Assembly: GCA_008369845.1 (NCBI GenBank)
Contig: MRSU01010452.1
Span: 1-64,000, forward strand
Direction of reading: 5' to 3'
Source of the DNA: Trichomonas gallinae
Taxonomy: Eukaryota
Length of the DNA stretch: 64,000 nt
The notes under the pieces are model-generated. The model saw only the letters and a program-made list of their open reading frames with translations. It searched no databases and was not told where the DNA came from. Positions within the stretch are counted from its first letter, which is position 1; every line of letters starts with the position of its first letter. Positions 35,546-46,987 of this stretch are shown one piece after another. Made by a program: the position numbers and the translations under genes.

Positions 35546-36313
35546 ATGGATGAGGCAGAGGTAAGGAAGCTTCTTGAAGCCAGTGGCTACAAGAATATCC
35601 CACCAGAGACGCTCAAAGCATTCGTTAGATCCCTTCAGGAGGAAGAAGATGCAGATCCTGAAGATATGGAAATCGAAGAAGAAGAAATTCATGAATACAG
35701 ACCACTTCAGAAACCACCAATGAAGAAATCATTACTACCAGCGAAGAGACAACCGATCAAAAGTGTTTCAAAGTCACCACCAAAGAAAATCGATAATGAT
35801 GATCATGAAGATAGCGATGATAACGAGGCAATTCCACCTCCAAAGAAAACATCGCCAAAACCAGCCTCTCCAAAGAAGTCCTCACCAAAAAGAATTCAAC
35901 CAAAATCGAAATTCGATGATGACGACGAAACAGCGAAATGGGCAAAGAGAATGCAAGAATTACGCAACAAAGCTGATCAGCTCGATCAGTCCCTCCAAGA
36001 ATGCCGCGATATTATCATGCAAGAACCGCCAGAAGACGACGGAGAAGCAGTTGATATTCCTATGTACTTTGGCACGTCAGAGAGGAAGCTAGACCCATAC
36101 CCAGCTGTGAAGAAGGAGTATGTCGGCGGATTTATCAGACCACCGCCTGTTAAACCGAATAAGAGAAAGAATGCGCCGGTACCTAAGAAAGGCAGGCGTC
36201 TTCTTTACGAAGAGAGGTTCCCAGACTATATCCCTCCGCCAGAGAGAAGGCGTGATGACCTTAGATGGAGTATCAGGCAGAAATTAACATATAGCGATCC
36301 AGCTTATCACTGA
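35546..36313 (+). CDS. HYLS1-like centriolar protein
   Basis: C-terminal PDYIPPPERRRDDLRWSIR resembles HYLS1_C; N-terminal LEASGYKNIP box. Confidence 0.65.
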   Translation: MDEAEVRKLLEASGYKNIPPETLKAFVRSLQEEEDADPEDMEIEEEEIHEYRPLQKPPMKKSLLPAKRQPIKSVSKSPPKKIDNDDHEDSDDNEAIPPPKKTSPKPASPKKSSPKRIQPKSKFDDDDETAKWAKRMQELRNKADQLDQSLQECRDIIMQEPPEDDGEAVDIPMYFGTSERKLDPYPAVKKEYVGGFIRPPPVKPNKRKNAPVPKKGRRLLYEERFPDYIPPPERRRDDLRWSIRQKLTYSDPAYH

Positions 36314-36424
36314 AACTTTCTCTTGATATGTTAATTTTTATATGTAATGATAACTAAATTACTTATTTTATTCTTATTTAAATACGATGCTCTATTTTTT
36401 TCTTTTTTGATTAAATATATAATT

Positions 36425-36781
36425 TTATAAGTTGGTTAAGACAGTATAGATTGAGGCCCAGACGAAGACCATAAGAGGAATACCTTGAAACATGCCTTCC
36501 ATTACTGGAGATTCGTTTGGTCCGAAAAGATCTGCAACTTGCAAAACGTTGTTGACATAGTAAGTGGTTCCATATCCGGCGATACCTAAGTACAAGAAGA
36601 GTGGTGTTAAGAAGGTCTTGAATTTAAGAACGCCAAGGACGATTCCAAAAATTAAACCTAATATTATTTTTGTCCAATAAAGGCCATCCTTAATTTCCTC
36701 CTTTGTCCATGGTCCTTGGCCTGTAAGGAATCTCTTAAGAATGTTAATTTGATAAGCTGGACCTGCTTTAACTGGAGCCAT
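36425..36781 (-). CDS. RAB5IF/EMC6-family small membrane protein
   Basis: WTKEEIKDGLYWTKIILGLIFGIVLG...EG..QG...FVWASIYT. Confidence 0.75.
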   Translation of the reverse strand: MAPVKAGPAYQINILKRFLTGQGPWTKEEIKDGLYWTKIILGLIFGIVLGVLKFKTFLTPLFLYLGIAGYGTTYYVNNVLQVADLFGPNESPVMEGMFQGIPLMVFVWASIYTVLTNL

Positions 36782-37423
36782 TTTTTTATATTATTTTTGT
36801 CAGTTTACAAACAATTCTTGACGCTTTACATAATTTTTTTGATAGTTTACAAATCAAAATTATCTCAATTTTGGATTGATTGATTATAGAGTTTGTGAAT
36901 AAAGTCATAGACTCCACACAAATATGTAGACGCAGCATATCTGATGCAGAACCTACCGTAGATGAAAACTTGGATTTAGTATTGTTCAATGGTTGAAAAC
37001 GTCGACAAATAATTTTTGACACTTTACACTATTTTTTTGTCTGCTTACATAGCAGATTTTAATTTAATTATTGTTTGATTATCTATATCATTTCTATTGT
37101 AATTTTTAAAGTTGGAAAAATTAAAAAGTTTACAAAAAAATTATTTCATGATTTTTCAAATTTTGGTTTAATTTAGATATATATTTTTACTGCAAAAAAA
37201 TTCCAAAAAAATTAAGAAGTTTACATAAAATTGCCAATTTACAAATTTTTGAATAATTTACAAAAGAGTTTTTCCAAACTTCAAAATTCTGATAAAATTC
37301 TATGTAACATTTATATCCTCAAAGAATTCGACAAAATATTTGAATAGTTTACAAAAATAATTAAAAAGTTTACAATTTTGTTATGAATTTTTTTGAATGA
37401 CACAAAGGTGACACTGTTAAATA

Positions 37424-38011
37424 ATGGAAAATAGTTTAGATGAATTAAGTGAATATCTGAAAGCGTTTGACAAAGAATTTCTCAAATCAAAGGACATAGA
37501 TTCGCTTAATCAAGCGTTTAAGCGCGTGATGTATGAAGTTAAAAATATCTCTACATATTGGCATGATTTTGACAAACTTCAGCGAAAAATCTTCAAGCTT
37601 TTGAATAAACTCGCCGATCTCAATCCAGATGCCGAGGCAGCAACTGATATAGAAAAGGCAGAATTTGCTTTTGCTGATTTACACGTTAAAATCTTGCCAA
37701 TATACGATTCTGTCATTCGCAATTTGCGCGAGCAGTATATACTGTGGCGTAATTTCAGATGCAATACAACAGATGAAGGTGATCAGGGAACCAAAATCAA
37801 AATCGAGCAAGCAGAGTTCAAAGCCTGGAATGAAGTTGGTAACGAATTAAAGCGCGCAGGAATAAGCGAGTTCACGTATGCACTTTACCATTATTCACGT
37901 TTTACAGCACCGAAATTATTGGATTCGCTCAAATATCATTATAAGAGGCTCTCAGAACTCCATATTGGCTACGTATCAGACCCGTCTTACGTTCCCATTG
38001 AGGCTCATTGA
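37424..38011 (+). CDS. Hypothetical protein
   Basis: 195-aa ORF starting at ATG. Confidence 0.7.
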   Translation: MENSLDELSEYLKAFDKEFLKSKDIDSLNQAFKRVMYEVKNISTYWHDFDKLQRKIFKLLNKLADLNPDAEAATDIEKAEFAFADLHVKILPIYDSVIRNLREQYILWRNFRCNTTDEGDQGTKIKIEQAEFKAWNEVGNELKRAGISEFTYALYHYSRFTAPKLLDSLKYHYKRLSELHIGYVSDPSYVPIEAH

Positions 38012-38574
38012 AAACATCCGAAAATATTTCATATTATTGTTTGTACAAAAAACCATGATATCTGGCTTTCAAATGACGCAAATGTATGGTTTCTTTACCA
38101 TATAGTCACTGTCAGGCAAATAGCAAATTTTTTGTTGCCAAAAAATATCACGACAAATGATATAACAGATGGTTCGCTTATTTGCCGTAGTCATTACTTT
38201 TATTATTTAAAGCTTTATTTCACTCCTAATGTTCGTCTTTTTTCAATTAAAAATATTTTTTTAAAAAATACAGTCTTTATATTGATAATTTATGAGACAA
38301 AATATCATTATTTTTATTATATAATATTATTTAAAATTTAATAATGATCAAAATAAAGGTTTGTTTTATTGAGGATATATATTTTGATCTATAAAGCTTG
38401 AAAATAAGCCAATATGTATAATTATAGTAGCATTCATATTTCTCTTAATAGAATCTAGTCTTTGTCAGATAAATTATAAATTTTAGTAAAATCATGATAG
38501 TATAAGGTTACATTAGATGACAGAATCTATTTTTACTATAAAACATGGTAAAAATATAATAATATAATTAAAAA

Positions 38575-39696
38575 TCATATTTCTTGAGCTTGCTGTTCAA
38601 AAAATTCATAGTTATAGGGCTGACCTTTCAAATCAACATAATTATGGAAGTTTTCATCATCTCTTGGACAATATTTTAATAGTGAAGAGATCAATTTCGA
38701 AGATTTGTAATAATGATGAATAACTGATGCATATCTAGACGAATTAGGTATTGTAACATTTCCTATCAATTCCTTCCCATCTGGAATAATGTTCTGCCCA
38801 GATAAATGCCGAATTACAGAATTATTTGTAATATAATTAATATTATTGTCACGAAGCTTTCCAGAGTCAATGAGCATGTTAAATATAGCTTGGTCCATCC
38901 AATCTCGTCCAAAATAATAATGAGAAAGCGCAAGAGAGAGGAAATTTTTCACAATTGTTGCATCTCCTCCAAAATAACCTGCGCAGACATAATAAAACAC
39001 TTCAGCACTTACATGATACCCTATTATAGATAATTCTCCTTGATTAATTGGTCCAATCATTTCGCAATCGTTACAATAGAGATTTAATCCTTCTTCAGTC
39101 ACATGAATGGAATCTCGCGGCAGAAGTTCATTAAATGGGTCACCTTGGAAAACTGTATCGAATAAATCTGCTTTTATGACTCTATCTATTTGATCTATGT
39201 TTCGAAGAATAAAATCGATCATAATTATGTATGAAACAGTAAATGTTTCCTTTTTATGAATTATAGGTGGCCATATTAACTCTATAATATGTCCACCGCA
39301 GTTTTTGATATCTTTCATCATTTTTGAATTTATATTTCGTAATGCTTTGGAGTCAACGAAAATAACGCAAGTACATTTCGACCCTGTATGTCTTAATGTC
39401 CTTAAGAATAGGTTTATGTTCGCAATACCATTAACAGAGTATGTTAATAATATATCTCGTGGAGTACTGTTAGGTTTTGTGTTCCTCACATGAAATTTAC
39501 ATTTATCGCATGTATAGTTTGTATTTTCGATGTTTATTCGTAAATTCTTCGCATGATATAACTTAAAATCCCACGGAATAGTGAAGAAGTAGCAATATCC
39601 GATGTAATTTATTTTGTTTTGTCTGTCATTAACGAGAATGGCATAATATATGATAGCCAGGAATATCCAAGAAAACGAGAAATGAAAAAACTGCAA
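38575..39696 (-). CDS. Putative GT-A glycosyltransferase-like type II membrane protein (start uncertain)
   Basis: N-terminal TM segment, DLFDTVFQGDPF, DQAIFN, VIHHY; no in-frame ATG upstream of the TM segment. Confidence 0.6.
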   Translation of the reverse strand: MQFFHFSFSWIFLAIIYYAILVNDRQNKINYIGYCYFFTIPWDFKLYHAKNLRINIENTNYTCDKCKFHVRNTKPNSTPRDILLTYSVNGIANINLFLRTLRHTGSKCTCVIFVDSKALRNINSKMMKDIKNCGGHIIELIWPPIIHKKETFTVSYIIMIDFILRNIDQIDRVIKADLFDTVFQGDPFNELLPRDSIHVTEEGLNLYCNDCEMIGPINQGELSIIGYHVSAEVFYYVCAGYFGGDATIVKNFLSLALSHYYFGRDWMDQAIFNMLIDSGKLRDNNINYITNNSVIRHLSGQNIIPDGKELIGNVTIPNSSRYASVIHHYYKSSKLISSLLKYCPRDDENFHNYVDLKGQPYNYEFFEQQAQEI

Positions 39697-40221
39697 TCAA
39701 ATTAAATTTATGGAGGGGCGCGTTTGATTAAAATGGGATGCTTTCACGCCTGTATAACACACTCAATTTTATTTAAACGAACATTAATATAATAACCTTA
39801 TTTATTCGGACAATTGTTCTACGAACAAATTTCTTCTGTGCTATAGCAAATCTAATTTTGATCATTTTACATGATAAATTATTATTGGTAGTATCATATT
39901 AATATAGTCCATCATTATTAAAAATAATAGTCAATGCCCAAACATCGAAATTTATTATTCGAGAAAAATTTTTCAAGAAGATATAAAATTTCATAAAATT
40001 TTATCAATATGCGTGAAAATAATGATAAATTGATTTGTCATTGATAAAATCAATAAAAATTGATTTTTTAAAATATGTTAATCAAATGTTTTGTTTTTTC
40101 GCACCAATTCATAATATGAGGTAGTCCATGCTGTAAATATAGCAAATAAATTGCTATTTTCGGGAGTTTTCCTGGTCAAGTTGTTTTTGCTGAAAAAGTG
40201 ATAAAATTTTCATAAAATTTT

Positions 40222-41382
40222 ATGTCGAGAAGAAACGGTAGCGACTCATCGAGACGCGCAGGAATCAATTGGAACTTCGTAGATTCTTTTGACATAGACG
40301 AAATACTGAATGGCAATGGAAAAAACGCGCAATTGAAAAGTTTCATCAAAGGATTCAGGCAATTTCAAATTTCTGATAACTACAATGAATACAAAGTTGA
40401 TCTAATGCCTAAATTCTTGCGTCTTTGCCAGCTCTCGTGCGAAGCTTTAATCGAGAAACAAAGGTCGACCATAAAAGAGAAAGATTCGATCATACAAAAG
40501 CTGCAACAACACTGTACATCACTTCAAAATTCGTATGAGAAAGCTCGCTCTTTGATTGAACAAATTAAAAACGATATCAATCCATGTCCAATCTGTAAAA
40601 AGAAATTCAAAACGCCAGAAACACTCCAAAACCATATCAAAACCCATCACCCACAACAACTACATCATTGGAACTGCTTAATAAATAATCAAGAACATAT
40701 CTCTACAAAACCTGAAGAAATCACAAGCAGACTGTCAGAGATTAACAATAAAGTCTCTAAAAACGTCATTTTACCAGCTGAAACTGAAGAAGAAAATCTT
40801 GGAATTTCAACTATTGAAGAATCAGAGAAAACACCATCACCAGAGATCAAGAAAATCATCAGATCTGAGCCAACCACACCACCTCCGAAGCCGTCTCCAC
40901 GAAAGAAAGTTAAATTTCATGAAGACAGCGTCGTAGAAGAAGATTCAACAATACAAACGATTAGAAACAAGAATGTCCCTCAGATGCTTGAGGATGATGT
41001 TCTTGAAGATAATCAAAGATCAAAGAAGAAGATTAAAAAATCAAAGAAATCTTCTCCAACGAAAGAAGAACAAATATCAGAAGTTAAAGTTGAAGAACAG
41101 CCACAAGCACCGATTGAAGAGGACAGCGGCGTCACTTTCATTGATGACGATGATGATGATATTTCTTTCTTCGGAAACAGAAATGATGATGAAGACGAAG
41201 AACCAGTAAACTCTAATGATGATAATAACGCTACATTAGAGGATGGTTTGCTACAAACAACATTGCCACCAATCGCAATGATCGAATTGTTCGATAATAA
41301 TCCAGAGAGTTTTTATCTTGAGAATGTGTCTAATCTTGACAAAAACTCATTTGTCGACGAAGAGCCACCAATTCGATTTTAA
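40222..41382 (+). CDS. DZIP1/Iguana-like C2H2 zinc-finger protein
   Basis: INWNFVDSFDID (Dzip-like N-terminus), coiled coil, CPICKKKF...LQNHIKTHH. Confidence 0.75.
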   Translation: MSRRNGSDSSRRAGINWNFVDSFDIDEILNGNGKNAQLKSFIKGFRQFQISDNYNEYKVDLMPKFLRLCQLSCEALIEKQRSTIKEKDSIIQKLQQHCTSLQNSYEKARSLIEQIKNDINPCPICKKKFKTPETLQNHIKTHHPQQLHHWNCLINNQEHISTKPEEITSRLSEINNKVSKNVILPAETEEENLGISTIEESEKTPSPEIKKIIRSEPTTPPPKPSPRKKVKFHEDSVVEEDSTIQTIRNKNVPQMLEDDVLEDNQRSKKKIKKSKKSSPTKEEQISEVKVEEQPQAPIEEDSGVTFIDDDDDDISFFGNRNDDEDEEPVNSNDDNNATLEDGLLQTTLPPIAMIELFDNNPESFYLENVSNLDKNSFVDEEPPIRF

Positions 41383-41698
41383 TTTTTATTATTTATGTGT
41401 TTGAATTTTAAATTGTATGTTATATATTATTTCATCACTACTAACTTATCTTTTCTCTCACATATCCTGAACTCATTTTAATATTGTTAATTATCATTTT
41501 TAATTGCAGTATCATCTAATATGAGAATATTATGCATGTTAAAACAGCAATCTATATTTAATATGAGTGTCAATATTTAGATAAAACGCATGTATCAAAA
41601 TTTCAAATAAAGATTGAACAATTTTAATGGGAGAAGTATAGAATTTTATTGTTGATATTAATATAAAATATGTGCCTATATTATATGTGTATCCCAAA

Positions 41699-42331
41699 TC
41701 ACATAATAATGATAACAGCACATAATATCGAAATCATTCTTGTATTTATAAGCGGAGAATCTGGATTTGTGCATTCATAATCATATAAATCGGCATCAAA
41801 AAGATAATAACCATAAAATTCGAAACCAAACATTCGTAAAAAATAGAGTCTATTTGGTGCAGGCCATTTTAACCTATCATCAAGCATAACGAACCTAAAA
41901 CTGTTGAAAATCTGGGTGTTTTCAAAATAGAATCTTCTTGTGACATTTTCGCCACATCTATTCGGGTATTCCGGATCCCAAGATGCAAATGAGCAAAAAT
42001 CTGAAGCATTTTCTTCTGTATATTTGACATAATTTAGCTCAGTCCATGTACTGTTATCGGTTGAACCTAATAATTGCCACTCAGTGGGTGGATCTGTTCC
42101 ATTAATAATTGAAAATTCATAAGATATAGGCATCATGTATATCTTTTTAGAGTAAAACTGAAGATATGGATGATCATTGCTATATTCACCATAGCCTGGA
42201 TTATTTAATGGACGTTCAATAAGAAAATCTGCGCTTGAGTTGTCTTTGTTTGTGACAGATATAAATTTCTTATTGTGTATCGAATGGTATATTCCATGGT
42301 AGTCTAACGAACTATCAATGAATCTTATACA
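41699..42331 (-). CDS. F5/8 type C/discoidin-like protein with C-terminal TM segment; 5' end lacks ATG
   Basis: PISYEF..PTEWQLLGSTDNSTWTEL..FRF..FEFYG; frame is open 65 codons upstream of the ATG at 42136. Confidence 0.55.
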   Translation of the reverse strand, partial: CIRFIDSSLDYHGIYHSIHNKKFISVTNKDNSSADFLIERPLNNPGYGEYSNDHPYLQFYSKKIYMMPISYEFSIINGTDPPTEWQLLGSTDNSTWTELNYVKYTEENASDFCSFASWDPEYPNRCGENVTRRFYFENTQIFNSFRFVMLDDRLKWPAPNRLYFLRMFGFEFYGYYLFDADLYDYECTNPDSPLINTRMISILCAVIIIM

Positions 42332-43095
42332 CTATCTCTATTACCTTTAAACCTTTTCAAAATCTTAAAAATTAAGATTTTGACATGTAAACTGACAAAT
42401 ATGGTTATGAATATTTGCATCTTGTCTATGGCATCCATTACATTAGGAATACTGATTTTGCAAATAATGAGCCACAAATTTCAATTTTTTTATTTGATTC
42501 ATAATCAAATAAACAAATCTAGTTCTTAATACCTTCACAATGACATTAGAAAGTTATAAGTTGTTTAATTTAACAATATAATAAAATTGATTAGATTTAA
42601 TATCAAATTGATTAGCAGCTTTGTCACCATTTTTCATAGGAATATGTTATATAAAATGTTATAAAATATGATTTGGATAATTAGAATAGCTCTATATATG
42701 TTATTTAATCAAAACAAATTCTTATTTTGGTTATTTTCATTATAATAACTTATTGTGTAATTCAAATTACATTTCATTTCTTGAGTTTATGCTTATATTT
42801 ACAATTTACTCAAGCAAAACACAAAAATTCGAAATCAAAATAATATTTTTGTAGAAATCTAATAGTAATTTCGCATTTAACTTGTTTAAATGAATTAAAA
42901 CAAATATTGAATCGTCACTTAAAAAAATCAATAAATAAAATTATTAATTAAAAAAATCGAATATTTTTGCGTATAAACTGGATAAATCGCTATATCTAAA
43001 TGTTATATGCAGAAATATGAAGTAAAGAGGCGAAGATTTATAAAATACAGAAGTTTTGTGATATAAAGTGGCCGGCCATTTTTTTAAAAAATAAA

Positions 43096-43602
43096 ATGAC
43101 TTTAAATCCTCCTCTCATGTGGGCACAAGACCGTAACGTCGTCTACATTACGATCAAACTCCAGGATGTTGCAAACGAGGAGATCATCTTCGGAGATGAC
43201 CACTTTATTTTCCGCGGAAAAGCTGGCGATGTAAATTACGACTACAAGCTTGAGCTTTTCGGAAATATTCACCCAACAGACCAGACAACGAAGTACGTCA
43301 AGTTCGGCAGATACATGCAATTAAACGTACGCAAGATCGATACAAGAACTTGGTGGCCACGTCTCGCTAAGACAGCTCGCAAGCTTGCCAATGTTGGCAT
43401 TGACTGGGAGAAGTGGATCGATGACCCAGAGGACTCAGATGATGAACATAATCATGATGATGGCTCATTCGAGATCTCAAACACACCAGACGCCGACATG
43501 ACATCAAGCTCTGATGATGAGGAAGAGGCTAAGAAGGATAACAAGCCCGAAGAGAAGCCTGCTGAAGAAGCTAAGCCAGAAGAAGAAAAGAAGGAAGAAT
43601 AA
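43096..43602 (+). CDS. p23/CS-domain Hsp90 co-chaperone
   Basis: PPLMWAQD, WWPRLAK, IDWEKWIDD, acidic tail. Confidence 0.9.
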   Translation: MTLNPPLMWAQDRNVVYITIKLQDVANEEIIFGDDHFIFRGKAGDVNYDYKLELFGNIHPTDQTTKYVKFGRYMQLNVRKIDTRTWWPRLAKTARKLANVGIDWEKWIDDPEDSDDEHNHDDGSFEISNTPDADMTSSSDDEEEAKKDNKPEEKPAEEAKPEEEKKEE

Positions 43603-44293
43603 AATGTCTATAGATAAAGAATAAAAATGGTTCAGATCATTTTGACATTGTTACAAGTTTTTAATAATATTATTTTATTAAAATCTTGAAAATGAACTGA
43701 CTCAATCACAATCATTGGGTTTTCTTTACCATAACTCATACACTACAGTTAACTTACATATTTTTCAAAATTATTTTGAAAAATTTCAAATTTCAGTCAT
43801 TTTGAGCCAAATCACTTTGTACATCTTCATATTTTACAATTTCAATTTGTTTTGCATTATAAATTTAGATCTTTCAATATTTATATAAAAGAAAATTAAG
43901 AAATGGATAATTTTGAACAAAAACACTAGAAATATTTTCATATTCTACAATTTTGATTAAATATAAGCTTACAAATCTCGATCTTTCAATATTTTATGAA
44001 ATACAATTGTATTGTTCAAACTTCTGTGATGCAACAATGTTATATGGGGAAAAACAGAAATACATGTTCAATACAACATAATGGATATGAAACTTTAGCC
44101 AGATTTCGTTTGGATAATTATTGATTTATAAAATTTGAAATATATCTGATATGTAATATACATATAGCAGAGTTGATGGCACCTCAACCAAACGAATAGA
44201 AAATCAATGTATAGATATAAAAAGTAATATAATCAAGAAATCATATGATATCGAAAGAAGAAGAAGAAAAAATAGAAATTGTCACTTTTTATA

Positions 44294-45250
44294 ATGATAT
44301 ATTTAATTCTTTTCAGGCTTCCTTCTGGCTACGAAAGTAATGAATCAGAGTTTGATCCTTATGCCACACTCGGTCTTAAGAAGTTCGCCTCGCAAAATGA
44401 TATCAATAGATCTTACAAAAGATATATTAATTATCGAAAAACACATTTAAATCCATCAGAAAAGATGCTTAAGCAATGGAATGATATCGAAAAAGCTTAT
44501 GATATACTCAAAACGGATGTTGGACGTTCAATTTATGATCAAATCGGAAATGAAGGTTTTGAATCAGAAACTTTTAAGATTGTTGGATATAAAAGCGACG
44601 AAGAAGTTATTTCTCTAGGATATTTTGATGCAAATAGAGCGAATCAAGCTTCTAAATTTGGTGGAATAATTACCTACCCGATTTATCTCGAATTAAAAGA
44701 CTTCATGACTGGCAAAAAGAAAAACTTCCACATATTTAGATCTGTTCCATGTGTTTGTGCACAAAAAGGAACAAATTGCAAGAAATGCAAGCAATCGCCG
44801 ATTATTTCGCAATATGAACACTATACTCTTTACGTGCCTAAGGGAACTAGACCATCTTCGCGTCTTTTTGCAAGCAATATTACAGATTCAGATAAACATA
44901 GAAGTGCAACTGATGTGATTTTTATTGCTTACGTTAAACCTAATAATAATTTCACTCTCGTTGGCCATGATCTATACAGTAATGTTACTATCCCTCTTGC
45001 ACAGTCTTTTACTAAGAATACAATTAATTTCAAGAATCTTGATGGACAAAATGTTCCTGTTTCATTCCAAAATGTAAGAGATGGTGATACAATTGTTGTT
45101 TCTGGCAAAGGTTTCCCATATCAAAATGATCCAAAGAAACGCGGAGATTTGATTTTAACTGTTAAGCTTCAGTTTCCGAAGAATCTTTCTAATGAACAGA
45201 AAGAAAAAATTAAAAAGATTCTTCCTGATGATATTTGTAACTATCAATAA
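44294..45250 (+). CDS. DnaJ-like protein (J domain without HPD, plus DnaJ_C)
   Basis: DPYATLG, AYDIL, RSIYD, GKGFP, RGDLILTV; N-terminal hydrophobic leader. Confidence 0.85.
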   Translation: MIYLILFRLPSGYESNESEFDPYATLGLKKFASQNDINRSYKRYINYRKTHLNPSEKMLKQWNDIEKAYDILKTDVGRSIYDQIGNEGFESETFKIVGYKSDEEVISLGYFDANRANQASKFGGIITYPIYLELKDFMTGKKKNFHIFRSVPCVCAQKGTNCKKCKQSPIISQYEHYTLYVPKGTRPSSRLFASNITDSDKHRSATDVIFIAYVKPNNNFTLVGHDLYSNVTIPLAQSFTKNTINFKNLDGQNVPVSFQNVRDGDTIVVSGKGFPYQNDPKKRGDLILTVKLQFPKNLSNEQKEKIKKILPDDICNYQ

Positions 45251-45650
45251 AAACTGTCTTGTATTTTCCTTTAAATAATATTTTTATTTTCTGTGGTATA
45301 CTACATAATATTATCGATAAAACAGTTCAATCAAACAAGAATTTTCTATCTCGAAAAATATTGTTTTCGATTATAAAAAGAAGTTCACTATAATAACTTC
45401 TGTCGACATTTGTTTACAATCAATGTGTCCCTGACGAGTTTAATGCAACTTTTTTGATTTTCTATGAAAATGCCTTTAAATATTGACAGAAGATGTATTA
45501 GGAAAAGTGATTTGGCATATATATACTCCAGATTTCACATGAAAACCTACAGAAAAAGAAAATATTTATATTTTTTAAATAAATCGTTTTTGGTAAAGAT
45601 TGCAATACAAAACATACTTTATTACGTGTAATATACAACTAATGATGGAT

Positions 45651-46253
45651 CTATTTGCTTATTTTGTGCAATTGACACAGAGTAGCATTTTCTGGGCATG
45701 GAGTGCGGCAAACTGTTTTATCTTCCTTTTTATGTGTGCATGTTGATACAAACTTTTGTTTTGAATATTTTGGATCTATTTGAATATGATTAATGCAATA
45801 TTGGAACTTTGGAATTGCATTGTTCAGACACTGAGGGCATTTACATATTTCTATTTTAACAGGAAGCTCTAATTCTTCAGATTGCATTTCGTAATATGTT
45901 GCTAGACTTTGTTTGAACTTAATGAAGTTATTTACACTCGTAAATTGATTGTTCATGTCTAATTCTGTGCTATGAAGTACATTTTGATCGACTTTTCCGC
46001 TCTCAATTTGCGAAGCGATACGTTTTATTTGATATTGAACGAATTCTTTCTTCATTTCATCTGTGTCAAGCTTTGTGTATTTTGTTGACTCGAATTCCTG
46101 GTTAGAAATGTCTCTAGGAATGGGATGCAAATCTTCAGGATTTGGAATATGGTCACCATACTTAGAAACATTCGGAGGAATGAATGGACTCGGTTCACCA
46201 ATATTTATCGATCTAAGATAATTATGAAAAATATCAGTAGCACTTAAAGCCAT
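45651..46253 (-). CDS. zf-C3Hc3H (KANSL2/INO80D-type) domain protein
   Basis: CxxxxC...YCINHI..D....C......C........C..H. Confidence 0.65.
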   Translation of the reverse strand: MALSATDIFHNYLRSINIGEPSPFIPPNVSKYGDHIPNPEDLHPIPRDISNQEFESTKYTKLDTDEMKKEFVQYQIKRIASQIESGKVDQNVLHSTELDMNNQFTSVNNFIKFKQSLATYYEMQSEELELPVKIEICKCPQCLNNAIPKFQYCINHIQIDPKYSKQKFVSTCTHKKEDKTVCRTPCPENATLCQLHKISK

Positions 46254-46987
46254 GATGTGAAAAAATATATACAAAAGTGACAAAATTGAATAACTCTGTT
46301 CATTTACTGAAAAGTGACAAATAAATAACATTTCATATCAAACATTTCAAATTTTGGCCAAACCGTCTGATGCATTGATGTCTTAACACTTAATGTATTA
46401 CCTCACTCATGTATGCCTGAGACAAAGAAACAGAATGAATATTGTCAGTTTAAACATTGATGAGTAAGAAAAATCACTGTGGCAGTTCTCATTCTCAACG
46501 AGTGCAATGAATTAGCTAGTTTCATGTACTCCTTGAGAATGGTAGCTTCCAAGAATTTTGTTATTAGAAGATAATATATTAAAATTCAAAAAGAAAATAA
46601 GAGACAATTAGATGAAAATCTAAGTAAACTAAGTATTATACTTATATATATCTAGTGATTATATGGTAGAAGTATTAAGACTCAAGCTTTAGTTAGAACG
46701 CATAATTCAATGTAATAATCCATATGAAGAATAAAATTTACCACCTAAATATATCTAGAGCAAGATAACCTAGGAATGATTCAATATTTAGCAAAAAAAC
46801 AACTTTCTGAAACAATAGAAATTTTCAACTCAGGTATCATAAAAGTGACAGAATTGAAAAGCTGTGTTTTGATATTGAAAGAGATAAAAGTGACATTGGT
46901 CAATGAGATAAAGGTGACAACTTACTGAAGGCATTGTCACTTTTCTTAATTATATTTTTGAAAAGCTCTGTTCGAAATTTTCAAAAA

